Below, piece by piece: positions 1 through 10,408 of a DNA stretch of 20,000 nucleotides. Each line of letters begins with the position of its first letter. Within the stretch, counting starts at the first letter, position 1. The translations under genes were made by a program, and so were the position numbers. The notes below the pieces were generated by a model. The model searched no databases, was not told where the DNA came from, and worked only from the letters and a program-made list of their open reading frames with translations. Source of the stretch: Fonticula-like sp. SCN 57-25 (Eukaryota). Location of the stretch: NCBI GenBank assembly GCA_001724245.1, contig MEDX01000019.1, positions 50,206-70,205 on the forward strand, in the 5' to 3' direction.

Positions 1-1257
1 TCCAATAGCGTTTAGTCAGGCTTGAAAATATATTTGAGCGGCGCACTCGTGCACGGGCTTGTCACCGCGCCCCACACCTTGTTCGTACACTTGGCCTTGG
101 GCGATCCTGTCCACGTTGAGTGGCAGGAACCAGTCGCTGTGACGCCGTCGTAGGTGAATGGGAAGTTGGCGTTTCCATTCAATGTGGCCGCCGAACAGCT
201 CGTCACTAGAACAACGAGCGTCAACCCACCGCAGAATGACGGACGGTAATGTTTGGGCGTACCTTGGCAATCGACTCCCGACCCGCCGTATCCCAGATTG
301 CAGGTGCAGGTGCCAGTGGATTGGTTGCAGGTTGCCTGCGTGTGACAAGTACTGTAGTAGAACGAAATGTACGATTTGTAGGTACCCGAGTACCGACGGG
401 TGGTTTCCCAAGACGAGAACTTGGTCGACGCAGTGTAGCGAGAACGAATGGTGGTCTGTTTACGGCGGCGTTAAGCAATATCCCTTTGAATCTCAGTTGA
501 ACGCACGTAAGTGTTTGAGAAGCGAACGGCCGTATTGATAATGTTCACGTTCAGGTTGAAACGGTACCAACTAGTGACCCTGGGTTAGGACTGACACGTT
601 TGACCACTTTGAACGCACTAGTTCGACGTGTATGTTGGGTACTGTGAAATGATTCCTCCCAGGTTCTGGCTCAGGTTCGGCTGGTTGTTCCAAGTGATTG
701 ACGTGTAACCCCTGAAAAATAAGCGACGTTAAATACGCGCTAGCTGACTTATCCACGAACCAGGAAACCGTCGGCGAATCAAAGGAAAACGGCACATTCG
801 GAATAGCACCATAGTTGCCGGAATCATTGATGAAAATGACTGGAGTGCCCGTGGCACAGAATCGAGAAGGAGTAGGCTTTTACAGCAGCGTGTCAATCAA
901 CTGCCAGTAGGAGGCGCAGCGTGTCGTACAGCAAACGACGAAAAGTTATAGTGCCAGTACCCGACCGCATTAGGGGCGCTTCCAGTGCCGCGCATGTAGA
1001 CGCCGCCGAGATAGTCTAGAATGAGCAGAGAAAAACTGTAGTTAGTCTTCGGTACAACCAATGGCTAGCAGTACTCATAGAGTAGTTCCAGCCGGGATCG
1101 CTTGCGTATGTGAATGCGGCATCGCGCATGTATGCTTTCGACTGAGCAGATGCGACAGTCGCTGTCGAGAAAACCCGTAAGTAAACAAAACTGCGGCACA
1201 GGCACCGACGAACGCACCTAGCAGAGCTAGGACAAGGATCCGCGCGAGCCGGCCCAT
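1..1257 (-). CDS. Secreted/surface protein: signal peptide, DNRLRE (CBM96-like) domain, EGF-like module, 4-Cys repeat; 3' end outside window
   Basis: Exons (minus) 1257-1218, 1161-1075, 1015-930, 876-761, 711-619, 570-507, 455-263, 205-47; all GT-AG and phase-consistent. Protein MGRLARILVLALLATVASAQ...DAAFTYASDPGWNYS...GYWHYNFSSF...SWGYTSITWNNQP...YWYRFNLNV...FSSWE...YISFYY (DNRLRE-like), CHTQATCNQSTGTCTCNLGYGGSGVDC (EGF-like), then C..GNANFPFT..G..ATGSC..TWTGSPKAKC...WGAVTSPC. Confidence 0.8.
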
Positions 1258-1441
1258 CGTCGCCAACGATGAGAAGCTTTTTTCTCTGCCCCACACGTTT
1301 TTCGCTCCCTCAAGAAAACTTCCTTTCTTGGACGACAAAGTACGGGAAAAACCGTGGGATTTGTACTCCGCGTGCAACTTAGACTTGAGGTACCAATCAC
1401 AGACGCGACCCCTTTCCGCATTTAGGCATGCCCCGCCCCTT

Positions 1442-1506
1442 GATAAGAAACCGATCTTATCGAATGACTGATCGGATCTGATTTCGAAGACTGATCGGAT
1501 CTGATT
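1442..1506. promoter_or_regulatory. Inverted GATAAG pair plus an 18-bp direct repeat upstream of the DNRLRE gene
   Basis: GATAAGA (1442-1448) and TCTTATC (1455-1461); GACTGATCGGATCTGATT at 1466-1483 and 1489-1506; CCAAT (~1393) and GC box (1430-1439) nearby. Regulatory role is inferred. Confidence 0.4.
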
Positions 1507-1637
1507 CCGTCGCCCACCCGAGAGCGAACAAAACCGGGAAAAAAACGCAAAAGCGCATTAACAGCAGCACGTTTTGAATGGGGGCCTCTCTTGCGTTAAA
1601 ATACATGCGATGGTACAACAAAAAATACATACAGAAA

Positions 1638-4133
1638 TCACTGAGAATGAACGGGGCACCCCGTCCCTCGTAAGAGCCACCCGTCGATACACGCCTTGTG
1701 GTACATGCAGAGGCAGTCCATCGTGGCGACCTCGTCCACTGCAACGCGAATTCAGAAAAAAGGAAATAGGAGAATAGCAAACGTACTCGGCTGAAACTCT
1801 TCAAAGCAAATGGGGCACTCGACGACCCTGTCAGCCGCCGGCGACGCATTCGTGAGGACGTGCGCAAGGTAGCGCCGCCCCTTTGGCGTCCGCTCGGCGT
1901 TGGACAGGCACGCTTCGACGTGCGCGTCGCGCTCCTCCTCGCTCATTGAGCGCAGCCGCAGCGAGCACACAGGGCACTCGGTGAACGCCGACGCGTCTGC
2001 CCGTGGCGAGTCGGGCGACGACGGCCGCGAGTCGTGCGCAGCCGCCGCCGCCGGCACCCCGCCCGCCGAGAAATCACCAAGCGCCACGTCATCAAACACA
2101 TCGGCTGGTGCAGAGCGCTGCTCGTCCGCAAAACACGCTTCGCACACGCGCGCGTCCAGGCCGCGGACAACGGCCGTGCGCGACGAGCATGCGTCGCAGA
2201 ACACGCGGCCGCAGCGGCGACAGTGGTGCCGCCGCAGTAACAGGCCAAAGGCGCGCTCGCACCCGCGGCACGTGGGCGCGTCGGCGTCCATTTCCCATCT
2301 ATATAACGTCAGCCAAAAAGAAAGGTCGGGTCATCGGCAGCGCACTGAACTTCGCCGTTGCTCGTGAGCGACGGCGGCGGCGTCAACGCATGGTCTCGCG
2401 ACGCTTCCTTGGTCGCCGCTGCAATTGCGAGCGGCTCAGTCGCCACGCGCTCGCTGGAACTCGACGCCTCGTCGGGCGTGCTCAACAGGTCGCCGCTCAT
2501 GTCTGGCTGCAGCACTTCCGCGCGCTGTGCTCGCTGCGACGCCTCCTTTACAAGGCGCGCCATCGCCTCTGCGCGCTCCATCGCGGCAGATACTTCGCCG
2601 AGCGCCTGCTCCCTCCGTTTCGCATCGGGCTCGGCTGCGGTTCATCGTTAAAATAGGCAGCGCAAAGGCAAAGTAGCGCACTTTTGATGGCCGACATGTA
2701 CGTCTCGATCGCCGCGCGGTACAGCGCCAGCGCGCCCGGCGGGTCCGTAGCCTCCATCGTCCGTGCCTGCGCCGTGTCGCGCTGAAAGGCGGCGGCAAGA
2801 GCGCTGTCGGCGCGCAGCTTTCGCAAGCGGACCCAAAGGCGTTTGCGCGTCCATGCAAAGCGGCTCGGCTGCGGCTGCATGTCCTGCCACCGTGCGTCTT
2901 CCTCCTTGGAATACTACAGGCGATGTGAGCAGATATTGAATAAAATATGGCACAGAGCAGCGTAATAAAACATAAATACAATAAGTGCAATAAAAAATAA
3001 AAATACATATACGCACTCGCCAACCGTCCGTGCTCGTCTCTGGCTCGCACACGACGCGCCACGCCGACACCCAGAACCATTCACTGGACGGCAGCGAGTT
3101 GTCCAGCGTCGTCGGCGTTCCGCTCAGTGATGTAAACTGCGGAAAGTCGCCCTTTCCATACTGCGCAAAGAGCGTGGCGCGCTCTGTCTCCACGACGGCC
3201 TCGAGCACCGCCGTCGCGGACACGCGCCCTAGCTTTGTGTTTGACGCGCTCAGGAGGAAGCACAGGAGCACGTGCTCCCGCAGCGCCGCATAGTCGTATG
3301 CGGTCGCGCCAAAGCTGTCCCGCAACTCAATATCGCCACCATTCTCTATCAAAAGTCGCGCCATCTCGGTATTCCCTTTCGAGCACGCGAGCACTGTACA
3401 GCGTTAGCGACCAAAGAGCACAGAGGTAATGCGCACTGAGCGGCGTCTGGCCCGCCTTGGCGCGCTGGTTCCTGTCCTGATGCAAGCGGCTCAGTCTGCC
3501 CAGTAGGAGCCGCGCCGTCGAAAGGTGACCCTGGCTTACGGCATTGTGCAGCGCCGTCCATCCGTCATGATCGCGCGCGCAGGGATCGCCTAAATACACG
3601 TAAGCACAACGGGGATGCAGATTAGGCGCGCACTTTGAAAATCAAGCAGAAGGCGCGCGACCGTCTCATGGCCGTAAAAGGCCGCGACGTGCAGAGGCGT
3701 CTCGCCTTCCCGGTTCCTCAGGTTGATGTCGGCGCCTGGCATAGCCCAATACGCGTCAGCCAAGCAGGACACAAACAACGAACTCGCACCATAGTCGAGC
3801 AGCAACGAGGCGATGGCGCGGTTGCCCTTTGCCGCCACGCAGTGAAGCGGGGCAAAGCCCGCTGCGTTCAGCGAGTTAACCTGCGAGTGCGCTTTTGGTA
3901 TCGGCGGCGGTTCGCCCGCCATGTACTTGCCCTTGGCTTCAAGCCATCGCGTCAGCAATCATGCGCGATCAGCCCCGAGTCGTACCGATCCGCCTCCGCT
4001 CCCGCAGCTCCACCTCCCTCTGATTCTCAAGCATTGTGCGCGCCGTTTGCTCGTCCTCCTCCAGGACGACCGCGTGAAGCGGGAACGGCTCGGCATCAGG
4101 GGCGCCCGCCCCGCCGCTGTCACTCACCTCCAT
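1638..4133 (-). CDS. Ankyrin repeats-DysF-MIT-FYVE-small Zn finger-RING protein (Upa1/Pib1-like endosomal E3 ligase), ~686 aa
   Basis: Exons (minus) 4133-3986, 3936-3790, 3735-3634, 3589-3437, 3393-3017, 2913-2682, 2634-2346, 2298-1787, 1738-1638; phases consistent. Ankyrin: GFAPLH, GETPLHVAA, GWTALHNA, GQTPLMLA. DysF: LPSSEWFWVSAWRV..DGWRY..RKRLWVRLRK. MIT: ALYRAAIETYMSAIKTEPDAKRR..MERAEAM. FYVE: WEMD..C..C..RRHHCRRCGRVFCDACS. Pib1-type RING: CPICFEEF..DCLCMYHKACIDGWL..CPVH. Confidence 0.9.
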
Positions 4134-4155
4134 CGTTCCAATGCAAACTGCAATC

Positions 4156-4180
4156 TGGCTGACGCGTCAGCCAAGCAGGA
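4156..4180. repeat. 18-bp perfect palindrome overlapping a 19-bp sequence repeated at 3751-3769
   Basis: TGGCTGACGCGTCAGCCA (4156-4173) is self-complementary; ACGCGTCAGCCAAGCAGGA occurs at 4162-4180 and 3751-3769. Confidence 0.85.
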
Positions 4181-4355
4181 GTTGAAAGCGATCGACACTT
4201 GCAAGGGAAAGGTGACTAAAATAGGATGAGACACTTGTACACTGAGTGGCACAAAGTGCGCAATGTTCGAGTGGCGCTGATGAATAGGAACTGAGAGCAT
4301 GTACATTGTCCGAGAGGTAACTTTGACAAGAGAGATACAAGAAATAGTGGTACAA

Positions 4356-5511
4356 TCAAAAACTCGGCACGGGCGCGCCTGGCCGCGTGTACGCGACCGC
4401 CTTTGAGAGGTCGCTCGGCGGGTACCGCTGCTCGGCAAATGTGCACAGACGCTTGATACCCTGAATCCATTTCCGCGACTTTTCGTCGTTAAGCACGTCT
4501 GCAAGGTGCGTTAGCAAAAAGTGGGTAAAAGAAGCGCGACGTACGGGCCACCTGGTTCGATGAAATCTTTTCGCGAGCCGAGCGCGCGTGAATACCAACC
4601 ATTGTCACACCGATAGGCCAGGCGGCGTTTCCAATTGACAGCAGGTAGTACTCGTCGTTGGCCAGGATGTACTCCCTGTCCTGCAGCCGCTGCGCAATCT
4701 TGGTGATGCTGGAGAGGATGTCCAGCGGCATCTCTTTCTTGCGGAGCATCTTGAAAAAGGGGCCCAAATTGGCTTTTGTCTGCTCGAAATTGGCGGCCTC
4801 CAGCTTGCCCTCCTGCGTGCGCTTGACCTCGGCCGGGCGCGCCATCAGGACATCGCCCTGCTCGTTGAGCAGCATCTCAAAGTACTCGGCAAGCGTCGTC
4901 TGCAGCAAGTCCCTGTTTTTCCTAATCATCTCCTCGTACACGCGCAGCTCGTCCAGCGTCTTGACCTTTTTCGTCGCGGCGGGATCCTCGACGCCCGCCC
5001 CGGCGCCATCGAGCGCAGCGGCCGCCGCCTCCTTCTTCCGGAGCTCCTGAAGATCAATGTCGTGATCAAGACGCGCCACCGTGCGCATATATTCGTTGCC
5101 GTGACCAAGTCGGTCGTCCGGCCGCTTTGCCTCGAGCGCGCGCAGGCGCTGCACGCGCTCCTCGTCCGTCTCACCAAAGAGGCGGATGGGCTCATCGCGG
5201 AGACGGAGCCGCCGGATGACTTCCTTGGCATCAACAGACCCCTTTGTCTCTTTCTTTTCAGAAACGGCGGCGGGCGCTTCGGCCGGCGTCGGCGTCGCCT
5301 CGCGGTCAGGCTGCGGCGCGGGCGATGGCGACGCGGACCGCGCGCGGGCCGCACGCTCTGCCTCTAGGCGCTGCTGCTGCTCAAAATACTCTTGCTCGCG
5401 CTTCGCCTCCAAGTCGGCGCGGCGCACATACTTTGCGTTAGGACCAGCAACAGACTCTACCGCCTTGCGCTTGGCCGAAATCTCGCTCTTTAGCAGCGCA
5501 GCAAAGTCCAT
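4356..5511 (-). CDS. PRP18: Pre-mRNA splicing factor Prp18
   Basis: Start MDFAALLKSEI at 5511; PRP4-like motif EVIRRLRLRDEPIRLFGETDEER; Prp18 signature YYLLSIGNAAWPIGVTMVGIHARSAREKI; one intron 4544-4499, then HVLNDEKSRKWIQGIKRLCTF; stop 4356-4358. Confidence 0.96.
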
Positions 5512-5649
5512 GGCTGCACCGATCCCCGCCGAAGCGTCTACGACTCTTGTGACAGGAATGCCCACAATGTTGCGGCAGGCATGAGATCGTGTCCGAACCA
5601 CGTCAGCGGGCGCACAACTTTTATCCTTTTCGGATGGGTGGCCGGCACG

Positions 5650-5767
5650 CTGATTGGCTGCCGCCACGGTCTCCTTATGTGACGTCATCACCTTCAATGC
5701 TTCTCACCCGTTGACCGGTCAAATTGGGGTCGGTCGAAGTGGAGGTTCCCTTTTTCGAGTGCCAATC
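5650..5767. promoter_or_regulatory. Divergent promoter elements between PRP18 and the PSP1-domain gene (CCAAT boxes, CRE palindrome)
   Basis: CTGATTGG 5650-5657, TGACGTCA 5680-5687, GCCAATC 5761-5767. Function inferred from motif identity only. Confidence 0.45.
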
Positions 5768-6794
5768 TCGAGGAGCGCGGTCGTAGATCGACGAGCGCGC
5801 AGGATCACAAAGGAGGGAAGGCTCGGCGCGTAGCTCGTGGGTCAGTGGAGACGCATTTGAGTTGAAAGGCGGTAATCGCGAGTGTGTACTGTTTTAGTGG
5901 CATCTCTCGTGTGCTCCTTTTTGCAGCTTCCGACGGGGGAAAGAAGGGTGACGTGAGCGAATATTTGTGGGATACGGAGAGCGCGACTTTTTCGTTCCCT
6001 ATACCCGCCCCGCCCTCTCGCTCTGCTCTGCACATAGAGAAAGCGTTTGTGGCCACCTTGCTGCTTCGTATTACTCTGCATTTGCGACGTGATTTTCTTC
6101 TTTCTTGGGTTGCTTGTCGATCATCGTCGTCACCCCGCTTCTAGAGTTTTGATTTCGTCTTCCTTGGAGCAAGGGGAGACGGGCTAGAGCTTTATACTTT
6201 TTCCTGCAAAGGAAGCGGCGCCCATTCTAGAGGTACGTCCCTTTTTTACCCTTCATCCTTGCTCCTTTTCTCTTTTTTTCTGTCGTGGATTGGGATGGGC
6301 GGCTGTTTCTTTCCCAAACGCCTGGGAAGGGGTCAGTTTCTCTGCATCTGAGGAGTGTCCCCGTGCTCTATGTGGTCACTTGAAGTGGGCCGGCATTGTC
6401 AATTAGATATGCCAACTTTTCCCCTGTTTTTTTGGCTCCTTCCTTGCTTGCTCAGTTTAGGGGGATCCCGGGGCGCGGTTTGGGGATGGTTGCCTGCACG
6501 TGCTCCTAGTTAATAATTGCGCGGCTGTCGTGTTTCCTTATTGCCGGCCGCGCCGTCCCCTTGTCGTGTCTGTTCCTTTTCGAGGTCGCTCTGTCTCCTT
6601 TGTGGCCGTGACTCTTTTTTCCTTTGGCGACTTTTTTTTTGCGCTGCTGCTTTTGTTGTTTTCCTCTTCATCGAGCATCGATCTTTTGATCTCGTTTCCT
6701 CCTCCCTTTTGCCGATCGAGTCTCTTTTCTTACGCTTCCCTCTTTCTCTTTGTGCATCGCGCCGCACAGTTATTTCGGCGCGCGCCTACTTTTA

Positions 6795-8997
6795 ATGATG
6801 ATCGACGTGAGCCGATTCGATGAGAGCGGCGTGAAGAGCAATAGCACTGCCAACGTCGCTGCGCCTTCCACGTCAGCGATGCCCACGCTATGGGGCAATC
6901 TCGGCCGCGACGACGCCTCTTCGTGTACGCCGCCTCGGTTTTTGAGCGTACCGCGCCTGATGCTCACGTTATTTTTTAGATGGTCTTCGTGCGCCTGCCG
7001 CTGGCGGCCGCGATCGCTCGTCGTCTCTATCGAGCGCCCCGAATCCCTCGTACGGCGGCGAACCGCGCACTGGCGCCGCCGTGGACACCACCGCGTGGTC
7101 CAATGAAGTAGACGGCGGCCTTCCCGGCGTGAGCGTGTCGGCGTGGACGGCCTCTTCGCCACACGTCCGCCGCGGGTCGCTCAACCCCTCTTCGCTCTTT
7201 TCCGCCGACATGCAGGCGTACGCTTGCTCATTTGTTCGAAACAGAATTAGCTGACTGTACATTTAGGTCGCTGCCGCGTCTTGAGGAGCAGCTTGCGTGG
7301 CGGTACGAGCAGCGTCCGCGCTCCAAGACGGTCGACGAAGGCGCTGGCGCCCCTGGTGAGGACCCGTGGGCGCGTCAGACGGCGTCGCAGTCGGCGTCGG
7401 CGATGCCGAGCATCCACGAGTACGGGCGGCCGCCGTCAGGGACGGGCAGCGCGCCGTCGGTAGACTGGTCGCCGTTTGGCGGCACCCCCACGGCGTGGGG
7501 CAGCGCCGAGGACGAGGCTGCGGCGAGCAGGAGACGTTCGGCGTCGATGCCGCTCTACAGGGAAGACGAAGCGCTGTCGCAGCAGCACGCGCAGATGCTG
7601 CTCCAGCCGCAGGGTCCGGGGGCGGCGGCTTCCTCTTGGCGCACAGTGCGCAGCCCGCCGACAAACGACGTATCGGGTATCTGGGCGGCCTCTGCAATGC
7701 GCCGTATGCGTACGTGAAGAAAAGATGTGGGAAAGTGGGAAATATGTGAAAGTTTGTGTTGTGGTCTCTCCTGTGCTGGGTTTCCAACTTTGACTGACAC
7801 TTTTCCTGCTCTGCAGAGGACTCGCCGTCGCATATGATGAGCCACCAGTACGAGCCCGACTACTCCTACTCTGGCCCTTCGTCGCGCACCTCGAGCGGCA
7901 ACCCTCCCCCGCTTCCGCCTGGCTTTGGCGGCCCCGCCACTTCCTCTTCCTCGTCGTCGCCGTCCATCCGCAACGACCGCTCGCCCATCGGCTTCCCGCC
8001 GTTCAGCGGCAGCGGCGCCGCCGGTGATGACGGCTACGACCGCGCCGCGTACGACTATGCGTCGCGCGCGCGCCAATACGACCAGTCACCCGTCCCGTCC
8101 GTGTCGGCGCCGCCGTCGGGTTCGGCCGCGGGCTCGGCCGGCTCGACAAGTGGGTCGTCGAGCTTTGCGTCCGTCGCCGCCGCCGCTGCCGGCGTGTCTC
8201 CCTCGCCGTCGGCATCTTCTACGTCGGCCTCTCCTTCTGGCGCGGCGCGCCCGCGCTCCAACTCGAGCCGCGCCGGCTCGTCGTTCGCGCCCGTTTTCCC
8301 CCCTGACGCGTCGGCCGAGTGGCAGGACGACTATGAGCTCGACATGCGCGGCGACGACTCGTACGGCGCCGAGCGCAGCCAGTCGTTCAGCGGCTTTTCG
8401 ACGGACGATGACGCGATGATGCACGGCGGTAGCGGGTCGCAGCCGCCGGCCCACCAGCGCCGCCGCGCGATGACCGCGCTCGGCTCGACGGCGGTCGGCG
8501 CGCACGGCCACGACGAGCTCGCTCAGGGCGTCGAGTTTTACCGCGTTGAATTCAAGAACGGCCGCGCGTCGTCCTACTTTGTTGAGGATACGCGCCGCGT
8601 AAAGTTCAAGGTTGGCGACTGGGTGCTTGTCGAGGCGGACCGCGGCAAGGATCTCGGCCGTGTGACTGGCCGCGGGACCGAGTTTGCCGACAAGGACGCC
8701 AAGGCGATCTGCCGGCTTGCGCACCCGCCAGAGACGGCGCAAATGTCGCTCAAGCTGCAGGACGAGATCAAGGCGCTCGCGCTCTGCCAGACAAAGTGCC
8801 GGCTCAAGAAGCTCCCGATGGAGGTTGTCGACGCAGAGTACCAGTGGGACAGGCGCAAGCTGACGTACTACTTTGTCGCGGACAGGCGCATTGACTTTAG
8901 GGAGCTCGTCAGGGAGCTCTTCAAGGTGTACAAGACGCGCATCTGGATGTGCTCGGTCGAGGACCCAACAAAGCGCGTGGGTGTCATCAAGAACTAG
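6795..8997 (+). CDS. PSP1 C-terminal domain protein (fungal PSP1-like, related to bacterial RicT/YaaT) with long Ser-rich disordered N-terminus, ~663 aa
   Basis: Exons 6795-6924, 6980-7217, 7267-7709 (alternative donor after 7703), 7817-8997. C-terminal VEFKNGR..GDWVLVEADRGKDLGRV..PMEVVDAEYQWDRRKLTYYFVADRRIDFRELVRELFKVYKTRIWM. Start codon less certain than the domain. Confidence 0.88.
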
Positions 8998-9607
8998 AGG
9001 AGAGGAGGGCGCGGCGGCGGCGGACATATTTGCATCTGTTTCTAAGAAAGAGTCATTTTCGCGCGATAAGAGAGGTTTTTCGGTGTCGTTCCTGCCTTGC
9101 GGTACAAGCGAGGGGAAGACGCATATGTGAGTCGTTTTAACTATTATTCGTGCTTCATTGTCGATATTTGATACATTTTTATGTCGCTTTTTTCAATGTT
9201 TGCGGTCCGCCGCCGCAGCCGGTTTCCTCTCGTGGTGCGCCGCGCGCCTTTCGAGATACATGTTTCGTCAATGTTGATTCCTCATATCATCTATACTCTT
9301 TCTCTCCTCCTTTCTTTTTGCGGTTGTCGCTTTTCCCTGGTAGGCGCGTGTGCTTTGTGCTGTACGGATAAAAGGATAGATTACGTAGATTTATATTGTC
9401 GCACGGCCACCGCAGCTAGGGCTTTCTTTATCGTCGCCCTTTTTTACCTCAGTGTACCAGGCCGCATTATTTATAATAAATCAACAGCAGATTACGCATA
9501 TTTTTTGCTTTCTTGCACGTTTTTACCCACGTTTTACACTCTTTTTCGTTGAAATTTTTATTGTTTGTTGATACACTGAAAGGTGTGTCACCAATGACAC
9601 ACACGCG

Positions 9608-10099
9608 CTAAGCCGACTTTGACTTTTGACGCGCCGGGAACGGAACGTCGACGGACGCCATGCGGACGAGGAGCAGCAGCGGGACAAAGAAAAAGATGAG
9701 GTAGAGCGGGGCGACGCGCATCTTGTTCTCGATCGACATGTCGGACGCAACAATGTGCGCGACGCACGGGATGACGGTCGTCATGACATGCGCCGAGTAG
9801 ATGATGGCCGGCATCCTGATCCAGTTTTTGCGCGCGAGCAGCGCATAGACAGCAATAAAGAAGAAGGGCAGCTGCACGATGGCCTCGGTGAGGAGCAGGC
9901 TGTGCATCCACGGCTCGGGTGCGGTCAGGGTCGTGTCCTGCGACGCCGCAGTGTACTCGAGCACCGCCTGGCGCAGGAAAGTGGGAAAGTGCTCATCAAG
10001 GAACCAGTTGGGAAGGACGCCTTGAATGTCGGCGGTCAGACTCACGATGATGTGGAGCACAAAGTAGGGCACAAACACCCAGCGATCAAGCCAGGACAT
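9608..10099 (-). CDS. TMEM97: TMEM97/sigma-2 receptor-like EXPERA membrane protein, 163 aa, intronless
   Basis: MSWLDRWVFVPYFVLHIIVSLTADIQ..PEPWMHSLLLTEAIVQLPFFFIAVYAL..WIRMPAIIYSAHVMTTVIP..YLIFFFVPLLLLVRM; four hydrophobic segments; C-terminal KSKSA (KxKxx ER retrieval). Confidence 0.9.
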   Translation of the reverse strand: MSWLDRWVFVPYFVLHIIVSLTADIQGVLPNWFLDEHFPTFLRQAVLEYTAASQDTTLTAPEPWMHSLLLTEAIVQLPFFFIAVYALLARKNWIRMPAIIYSAHVMTTVIPCVAHIVASDMSIENKMRVAPLYLIFFFVPLLLLVRMASVDVPFPARQKSKSA

Positions 10100-10206
10100 G
10101 GCGCGCGCGTTGGTGGGGTAGCAGCGGTCGAAAATATGGCCTGATGATCCAAGTGATCGTTGATTCCCTTTCACTTGGCGTTCACTGCAATGTTCCAAAT
10201 ACTAGG

Positions 10207-10246
10207 CACGTGATATTGATCACATGATTCATTTGCATCACGCCAG
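10207..10246. promoter_or_regulatory. Cluster of SREBP-like E-box/SRE motifs upstream of TMEM97
   Basis: CACGTGAT 10207-10214, ATCACATGAT 10219-10228, ATCACGCCAG 10237-10246 (compare SRE ATCACNCCAC). Confidence 0.4.
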
Positions 10247-10255
10247 TCGGCTAAA

Positions 10256-10300
10256 GAGTTGGCAAATGGCGAGTTGGCAAATGGAGAGTTGGCAAAAGGC
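10256..10300. repeat. 3 x 15-bp tandem repeat GAGTTGGCAAA(T/A)GG(C/A) in the TMEM97/WD40 divergent promoter
   Basis: Units at 10256-10270, 10271-10285, 10286-10300. Confidence 0.9.
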
Positions 10301-10408
10301 TTGCCGATTGCCAGTTGGCTACAGCGCGCGTCTTTTGTAGTGTTCTTTGCTCTGAGCTCGTCGGGCGGCAGAGACGGCTTTTGGAGGAAAATCAATAGCG
10401 CAGACGCG

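Noticed and set aside
5512-5697. N-terminal extension of the PRP18 ORF
   Set aside because: Non-ATG start running through promoter motifs; Prp18 homology begins at MDFAALLK.
5805-6794. Small ORFs between PRP18 and PSP1
   Set aside because: Pyrimidine-rich low-complexity sequence with a likely 5' UTR donor (GTACGT at 6233); best read as promoter, leader and intron.
1900-9027. Long antisense and alternative-frame ORFs (e.g. 2003..2656, 8086..9027; also 16033..16794 and 18094..19077)
   Set aside because: Shadow ORFs of GC-rich coding sequence overlapping recognisable genes; no motifs.
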